DNA of 64,000 nucleotides from Podarcis gaigeae (lineage: Eukaryota): NCBI GenBank assembly GCA_964106915.2, contig OZ066921.1; one strand, 5' to 3'. Numbering within the stretch: the first letter of the stretch is position 1; each line of letters begins with the position of its first letter. The translations under genes were made by a program, and so were the position numbers. This document shows positions 58,797-64,000 of the stretch, in pieces. The notes beneath the pieces are model-generated. The model made no database searches. It was not told the origin of the DNA and was given only the letters and a program-made list of their open reading frames with translations.

Positions 58797-59470
58797 TGAC
58801 CCTGTGTTAGCCCTCCCGTGGTCGTGCCTTGGAAGGCCAATCCCAACAACTGCTTTCAGAATCCGTGGCCAGCAAGAGCTAAAGAGCTCCAAGCAATAAC
58901 AGAGTTGAGACTCACCAAGGATGGCCTGGACTCGGACAGAGAGCTGTGTGCGGAGAAGCAGGATGGGCCGTCTCCCTTTGCTGCAACGACAGGAAAGGAA
59001 ACAGGACCTAGATCAGCACAGGCTCCCTGAGCCCCAGCCTGCTTCCCAAGAACACTTGCCAGCCAGCCACTGGGAACCTCCTCCCCCTCCTCTTCAACAC
59101 ATTTGCTCACCAAACAGGTGAAGAGAGAAGATGCCACTGGCTCAGCAGGGAAGCAAGAGGAATTTGGGGCACTGACCACCTAACCATGCCAACTTCACAA
59201 GTGTGGACATCTACTAAGAACCATATTTCGGGATCTGCTTGACAAGATTGCCTCAGGTGTTAGGGTTAAATGGCAACCTGTGAAGCCAGAAACCTATGGA
59301 AAGTGCTGCCCAATACAGGTTGGGAAAGAGTAAATATACCCTGCAGCAGAGAGATATTTTCACCTGATTTCTTCATAGAACCCTTCCAGCTCATCTTTCT
59401 GCTCCAGCAGGGAAAGCTCCAGGTCCAGGTAGTGCCCAGAAGGCAAGACCTGCAAGGTGCAGTCCTCCAG
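36456..59470 (-). CDS. FHOD1: FHOD1 formin, spliced CDS for exons 2-22 plus two cassette exons (5'-partial; exon 1 outside window)
   Basis: 23 exons with phase-compatible junctions sum to 3714 nt (1237 aa + stop). Domains: GBD/FH3 ([22 protein letters not shown]), polyproline FH1, FH2 ([27 protein letters not shown]) and DAD. The C-terminus [29 protein letters not shown] is FHOD1-type rather than FHOD3-type. Confidence 0.97.
37033..37209 (-). CDS. FHOD1: FHOD1 exon 21 (177 nt; DAD core)
   Basis: (G)[15 protein letters not shown]...[13 protein letters not shown]...[12 protein letters not shown](L)|gtaag. Confidence 0.93.
37320..37760 (-). mobile_element. Degraded L2 fragment in FHOD1 intron 20
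   Basis: [19 protein letters not shown] motif. Confidence 0.7.
38010..38169 (-). CDS. FHOD1: FHOD1 exon 20 (160 nt)
   Basis: tag|ATG GAG AGG TTT; [12 protein letters not shown]...[23 protein letters not shown](G)|gtaggg. Confidence 0.9.
38369..38561 (-). CDS. FHOD1: FHOD1 exon 19 (193 nt), followed by a GC donor
   Basis: (R)[10 protein letters not shown]...[37 protein letters not shown]|gcaagt. Confidence 0.93.
38873..39063 (-). CDS. FHOD1: FHOD1 exon 18 (191 nt)
   Basis: [31 protein letters not shown]...KVVHRRMLN(R); phase 2 donor gtctgt. Confidence 0.95.
39219..39690 (-). mobile_element. CR1 LINE 3' fragment in FHOD1 intron 17
   Basis: [16 protein letters not shown]...[16 protein letters not shown]...[19 protein letters not shown] plus a CR1 terminus. 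Confidence 0.88.
39749..39891. other. Assembly gap (143 N)
   Basis: Run of N in intron 17; exons 17 and 18 join in phase, so no constitutive exon is missing. Confidence 0.99.
39974..40135 (-). CDS. FHOD1: FHOD1 exon 17 (162 nt)
   Basis: [54 protein letters not shown]. Confidence 0.96.
40914..41033 (-). CDS. FHOD1: FHOD1 exon 16 (120 nt)
   Basis: [40 protein letters not shown] (FH2 GNxxN motif). Confidence 0.96.
41419..41601 (-). CDS. FHOD1: FHOD1 exon 15 (183 nt)
   Basis: [61 protein letters not shown]. Confidence 0.96.
41819..41971 (-). CDS. FHOD1: FHOD1 exon 14 (153 nt)
   Basis: [51 protein letters not shown]; AAG acceptor, gtgag donor. Confidence 0.93.
42710..43695 (-). CDS. FHOD1: FHOD1 exon 13 (986 nt; linker, FH1 and start of FH2)
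   Basis: Lies within ORF 42656..43705. [16 protein letters not shown], polyproline FH1, [13 protein letters not shown]...[15 protein letters not shown]|gtagg. Acceptor ttag|GG fits phase 1. Confidence 0.92.
43849..43964 (-). CDS. FHOD1: FHOD1 exon 12 (116 nt)
   Basis: tag|A GCA CGC TTC; [38 protein letters not shown](G); donor gtataa, phase 1. Confidence 0.9.
44917..44970 (-). CDS. FHOD1: FHOD1 cassette exon (54 nt)
   Basis: cactaactgactttttctcccag|G CAA GAG...TTT GA|gtaagt = (W)[17 protein letters not shown](E). Symmetric phase 2; 24 + 54 = 78 nt. Confidence 0.82.
   Translation of the reverse strand, partial: ARGKPLSMWGQAYSEAL
45619..45642 (-). CDS. FHOD1: FHOD1 cassette microexon (24 nt)
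   Basis: ttttccag|A CTT CAC GAA ACT GCC CCT GCT TG|gtaagt = (K)LHETAPA(W). Symmetric phase 2; resembles LHQTASVW of the long human isoform (recalled). Confidence 0.85.
46524..46634 (-). CDS. FHOD1: FHOD1 exon 11 (111 nt)
   Basis: ttccag|G CCT GCC...TTC AA|gtagg; ends GERSIF(K), matching the recalled human SSERSIYK; phase 2/2. Confidence 0.88.
46976..47184 (-). CDS. FHOD1: FHOD1 exon 10 (209 nt)
   Basis: [34 protein letters not shown]...ESSQD(R); cag| and |gtgagt, phase 2. Confidence 0.93.
47328..47471 (-). CDS. FHOD1: FHOD1 exon 9 (144 nt)
   Basis: [48 protein letters not shown]; cag| and |gtgac. Confidence 0.96.
47593..47687 (-). CDS. FHOD1: FHOD1 exon 8 (95 nt)
   Basis: (G)[31 protein letters not shown]; cag| and |gtgaat. 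Confidence 0.95.
47885..47996 (-). CDS. FHOD1: FHOD1 exon 7 (112 nt)
   Basis: [37 protein letters not shown](G); tag| and |gtgagt. Confidence 0.96.
48451..48655. mobile_element. pogo/Tigger-type MITE nested in a CR1 3' fragment (about 48375-48890)
   Basis: TA|cagtggtacct...aggtaccactg|TA; the flanks rejoin into CR1-like sequence. Confidence 0.88.
48931..49025 (-). CDS. FHOD1: FHOD1 exon 6 (95 nt)
   Basis: (A)[31 protein letters not shown]; cag| and |gtgagt. Confidence 0.96.
49270..49625 (+). mobile_element. L2-like 3' end
   Basis: gtggctgctcccagactttgaaactccc...gtaagctgccttgagtcc...ggtgggatataaataa. Confidence 0.55.
51123..51228 (-). CDS. FHOD1: FHOD1 exon 5 (106 nt)
   Basis: [35 protein letters not shown](A); cag| and |gtgag. 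Confidence 0.96.
51588..51655 (-). CDS. FHOD1: FHOD1 exon 4 (68 nt)
   Basis: cag|AG...CAG|gtaagg; (E)[22 protein letters not shown]. Confidence 0.95.
53025..53212 (-). mobile_element. tRNA-derived SINE (Squam3-like), degraded
   Basis: Minus strand gcatgcagaaggtcccaggttcaatcccc (B box) and 3' part tgagctagacggaccaagtggtct. Confidence 0.6.
56240..56615 (-). mobile_element. CR1 3' fragment, degraded
   Basis: ctggatcagaccagtggccc...catccaagttagtggccatc...ctgtcctgaatcttccaacattcagc. Confidence 0.65.
58746..58796. repeat. Compound (GGC)n(AGC)n trinucleotide repeat in FHOD1 intron 3
   Basis: Read directly from the sequence. Confidence 0.95.
58916..58980 (-). CDS. FHOD1: FHOD1 exon 3 (65 nt)
   Basis: cag|C...G|gtgag; (S)[21 protein letters not shown](E). 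Confidence 0.95.
59364..59470 (-). CDS. FHOD1: FHOD1 exon 2 (107 nt)
   Basis: cag|CTG...AG|gtgaaa; [35 protein letters not shown](S). Confidence 0.95.
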
Positions 59471-61849
59471 CTGCAAAACACAAGCACATCCAATATTAGA
59501 GAGGGAGTCTGCCTGCCTGCTCACTTAGGGAATCAACAGGGCAGCAAAGAATGCAAAACGAAAGTGAGGAAACAGTCCTGAGTAGCCAAAGCCAGGTGAG
59601 CAGTGGGCAGGTGAGCCAAGCAGGCTGACTAGCACAGGGAACAGGCCCATCCCTACAGGCACCCTGTGCCCCTTCCCCAAGCCCTTTACGTTTAACAGAA
59701 GGACTAATTCAGACTCCCCCCTGCGACTCAAAAGACACAAGGAAGTGATAGTCAACTTCCCATGATTTGTGGGTGATTAGCACAGAACCCTCCCTGGCTC
59801 CAGACATACCCTCAAGTACAAATACTTGCTACCAGAAAAGGTGGCATGCAAGGTTAAGCTGATCAGAAACCCACCCACAGCTTCCTCTTCCACCCTTGTG
59901 CTACCTTTCCCTCTGCTCTGAATGCAGGTGAATCGTCACAGGTACAGCTACGGTGGTGGGCTGGATGCCGACCAGGGGCCACTCTGTTCTAAAGCATGCA
60001 GAACCAAAGCCATTATGAAATAAAGCCCTAGTCTCTACATCAGTGGTGTAGTCCCCAGGAAGGAGGATCCCAGGAAGGAACCCAAAGCAGATCCTCCTGG
60101 CTCTGCCCTCCGGCTCAGTGCTACAGCCTCTAGCAGCTTGCTTTCCTCAGTGGACGAGCAACAGGAGCCATGGGGTGAGCAAAGAACTCAGGAAGGGTGA
60201 GCTGCAACTCAGAATTCTTGAAATGTGAAGACCACTCAGTGGATAAAAACCCCAGCAGAAGATGGAGGCAATGTCTGAAAATGACCAGCAAAAGAGGGAA
60301 CTGCCCAAAGAATGACTGCAGAAAGGAGTTGGGTGTCTCTAATCCACTTTCTGTTTACTGGTTTTACTGCTTAAGTGGATTTTAATTGTGTTGTAAGTCA
60401 CACGGAGAATCCTCTGGCTTGAGGAACTGAGTAGCATATGTTGAAACTGCATAAAAGATTCCATTTCCAGTGGTAGCTTTGTGTCAATCTACAGGCAGCA
60501 TGCCTGTACACTACTAGGATTTCTCATTTCCAGAAACTCTTTGCGGTCAATGTGATGAGGTTAGAGGAGATGCCAAGGTGGTTTGGCCCCCTGCCTGCAC
60601 CAACTGAATGGACAGCCCAGGTGTTCAGAAAGAGGGACAGGAAAGAAAAGTGGCGTGGTAGGGGCTATTTCTGCTTTAGAATTAGCAGAGGAAGCTTGCA
60701 GGAAAGACACAGAGATCAGCCTGAAGAGCAGAGCAAAGCAGGATTGTGAGGATGGTTCTTGGGAGAAATAGCTTCCCCAGGTGACCCAAGTATGCCAGAT
60801 ATGCTGGAAAAACGGGAAGTGAGGTGTCAGGCTTGGGAAGGGGAAAATGTTGCTAGCCCAATACTGCAGAGACAGGCAGGCTGCACCAAAAGCCAAGGGC
60901 TGTGGGGTTTCTCCCCTCCTCCCAACAGTTTGCCTTCACTCCCAAAGGCAGACTCCTCCACTGTCTCCAGAGACAGACAGATGCTAACAAGAAAGCCCAG
61001 AGAGATGCAACCAACTTCATCTCAGAGACAGGGAAGATTGAGATCTGCCACCACACCCCTCCCTCCCTTTGCAAGTCTTGCAGCTGACTCACCCCATGCT
61101 GAGTCAGACCTCATCACCACAACGGGAAGCTCCCAGCTATTCCCAAAAGCCATCACAAGGGAAATGCCTGATCTGAGGGGAATATTGCCTTTAAGCAAAA
61201 ACAAAAAACGAAAACAAACTAGCGATACAGCTCTGTTTCCAAATAGTAGGCTTTGCATCAATCAGAACAGGGATAGGAAGCCCCACATCCAACACTCTGA
61301 AGGGCTGGCAAACTAGCCAAACTTGGATCGACACATTCATGCAAGGAGAGCTGTGCAATCCAGAGAGGGATTAGGCTGCCCCTCTCACCTGCTGCTCAGC
61401 CAGGACAGGCAGGGAGATGCTCCTCTCCCAGTGGAAGGCACAGCAGGTACTGATGCAGGAAACAGCTCCTCTTGGGAAAAGGGCTGTGATGCAAATCCCC
61501 TCCTCACCATCAACTCTTTGGTTGCTCTCCAAGGGCAGGCAATGTAGAGTTAACAAGCCTTGTGAAGAAGAAAGGCTGGCCAAGTCCCAGGCCTGCTGCT
61601 GCCCCTCCCTCCTGTGATGAGCTTTGGCAGGAATCCTGCTCAACCTCAAAGAGGGCACAGTATTCTCAGTTCCAAGACTGATTCAGGCCATTCCAGTCCT
61701 GCCTGTCCACATTCTGGACAGCTCCAGTGAAGGACAATGGGCCTGGGAAGGCAGAAAGGCATGTTGCAGGGCTATTCAAAAAGGCAGCGGGCTGGCCTGT
61801 ATCCAAACATGACCCCTTCACTCAAGGATCAGTGCCACAAGTGTCCCTA

Positions 61850-61990
61850 TGCAACATCTACATGAAACTACTGGGGGGGGAGTGACCCAGAGGCTTGGAC
61901 TGAAGTGGCATCAATATGCGGATGACCACCCATACCTGCACACACCTGGCTGCGCTTGGGTGTCAGCAACAGAGGCCCTTCTTTGCCCAC
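61850..61990 (+). mobile_element. L2 reverse-transcriptase remnant
   Basis: GLKWHQYADD motif. Confidence 0.55.
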
Positions 61991-62925
61991 CCCAAGGAAA
62001 GGTGGAATTGGCAGGGATGTGGCAGTGGCTGCTCTCCAGTGAGATTCATGGCCAACTGGGCTCCATCAAACAGCGGCACTGCGGGCTTTCTAATGAGATC
62101 TTAAAACTTCATTATTCTTTCAGGATCTTTCTTGAAGGAAGGCTAAGTGGAGAGGACTTTTCAACTGTTGAGCTTGGCTGTGTTTTAGTGGACGTGGGAT
62201 AGCAGCATGTTTTATTAATGGTTGTCTCCATGAGCTTTACCTATTGTACTGATTTTCTGTCTTTTGCTGGAACGTTCTATATGTTGTTATATGTTTAACT
62301 TGTATCTCATGATCAATTTTCTCAAAGAAGGATATAAATCTATTTTTAACATGAGCACATGGCGTGTGCTGCCAGCCTCCCCTAAAGCAGAAGGACCACC
62401 TCTTTTGCCCAGGAAGTTGCCAGGCCATGAGCTAGCATGAGAAGCTTTCATCTTTGGGCTCAGTGGTAGGGTATCTGCTTTGCATACAAAAGATCCTGAG
62501 TTGCATCTCCAAGGAGAGTAGGAAAGATTCCCTGCCTGAATGCGTAAGAACTGCTTAAAGTTAGTGTAGAGTCCATTGTTAGAGACTCAGATATATAATC
62601 TAAGTGCCAAGTGGCACCTGAAACCTAGGTTGCAGTCACCACAATGGAATGACTAGGGGCTTTTTTGCAGTGAGGTATTATTATTATTAATTTCATTTCT
62701 ATACTGCTTTATACTTTAAAGAAAAAAATCTCAGAGTAGTTTACATCACATTAAAACATCAAATAAAATCAATTCAAGCTTCAAGGAAAATATTTCAGTT
62801 CCTCCTCCTCTGGCATTTTTGCATTCCTCGGTCGCCAACCTGGCATCTAGAGATCTCCATGTGGTTGCAATTGGAGCCATGCCAGTTGCAAAATGTGGCT
62901 GGCTAATTTCTAACACTGGGTAGAC

Positions 62926-63075
62926 CAGTGGTTCCCAATTGGTGGTCTTTGGACTTCAGGGGGTCCATTCACATAACAAAAACTTCTATACAGATATCAA
63001 CATTTTCAAAAGTAGGGGGTTCATAGCTTGGCTTCTGAAAAACAGAGGGTCTGCAGTACTTAACTGGAACCACTG
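62926..63075. mobile_element. hAT-type MITE nested in a SINE tail
   Basis: TIRs cagtggttcc/ggaaccactg; imperfect 8-bp flanks gggtagac/gtgtgtac. Confidence 0.55.
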
Positions 63076-63972
63076 GTGTGTACAATACTGAGACAGATGG
63101 ACCCCCAATGGTCTGCTTCAGGATCAGACAGCTTCTTGCAGTCACCATTTAAAAACTGCTGTAAGATCCATTCCTCCATAGGCTATAGGAGGCAAGAGAG
63201 AAATTAATCCCTGATGGGGATCCTGGCTACTGAGAGGTTCCCACTTCGGAATTAGAAGATGTCTAGTGGAGAATTTGGGATTCTACTCATCGCAGGAGGA
63301 GGAGAAGACCAGAAGTAAAAAGTTCCTAGCTCTCGTATTTGTCCAGCAACGTAGCCATCATCTGAGAAAGGATCACAAGCGGGACCTGTCCAGGCTGTCA
63401 GAGCTTCCAGAACTCATAACATCTCTTCTCATGGCTACTGTCCCCCAAAACCGAGCCTCACATCAGAGAAGTCAGTCTAGATGCCCACCTTTCTTATCCC
63501 ATTCCTTCCCCCTGCACCTTCCACTCTGCACCATGTGACCAGATTGTTTAGGCTCAAATTCTGCAGAAACGAAGGAGACAAATGTACCAGGACCACACTA
63601 TTTACTTTGCACTCGTGCCCGAAAGAGAACAGCCCCTGATGATTAATGAGGGGTGTCACAAGCAGAGCCAACCTTTCATGCCAACAGTGCTCAGAAAACA
63701 AGGAACATAATGACGAACAGGCACCCACGACTGCTCTGGCAGGCAAGCTGATCAACTCTCCCTTTGGCCTGGAAACTGAGGCTAAGCCCTGCTTCTCATC
63801 AAAACACAGGACTCTGTCACTGTGTGCTGAAGCTTGCTCTCTCCGTTTTCCGAAAGGGTCAGCCTGCACTTCTTTTTGAAGTGTGGCAGCCGTGGGCCTC
63901 ACCCAAGCCTTGAAAGTCAGAGGCTGTGGTTAGGAGGGGATGCTCAGCAACAAGCACTAGTCACAGAGCCTA

Positions 63973-64000
63973 GTCATAGAATCATAAGTTGGAAGGGACC
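63973..64000 (-). mobile_element. CR1 3' terminus running off the window
   Basis: tcatagaatcataagttggaagggacc. Confidence 0.6.

Noticed and set aside
63477-63902. VQADPF in a minus-strand ORF as possible FHOD1 exon 1 (VQYLEDTDPF)
   Set aside because: No FPEPRR or HRLLGAPLK similarity and no CpG island; exon 1 is probably outside the window.

Overview
This is vertebrate genomic DNA from a squamate reptile, probably a lacertid lizard, judging by Podarcis-type Sauria SINEs plus CR1/L2 LINE debris. It holds two protein-coding genes, both on the minus strand. (1) FHOD1, a formin: exons 2-22 reconstruct with consistent splice phases from 59470 down to the stop at 36456. With two small cassette exons (24 + 54 nt) the CDS totals 3714 nt, and it includes one GC-AG intron. 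Exon 1 was not found and should lie beyond position 64000. (2) HSD11B2 (11-beta-hydroxysteroid dehydrogenase type 2): only exon 1 (CDS 19068-18804) is present, inside a CpG island with a TATA/Inr/CCAAT core promoter. Exons 2-5 were not found, so intron 1 appears to exceed 18.8 kb. The rest is intronic or intergenic: SINEs, CR1/L2 fragments, hAT- and pogo/Tigger-type MITEs, microsatellites and a 143-N gap. I found no convincing novel biological system. The best leads are the FHOD1-HSD11B2 adjacency (one inversion relative to the human order would explain it), the 78-nt FHOD1 cassette with its splicing motifs, the GC donor, an overlapping uORF in the HSD11B2 leader and a young 180-bp hAT MITE. 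Gene identities and comparisons with human rest on recalled sequences, not on a database search.
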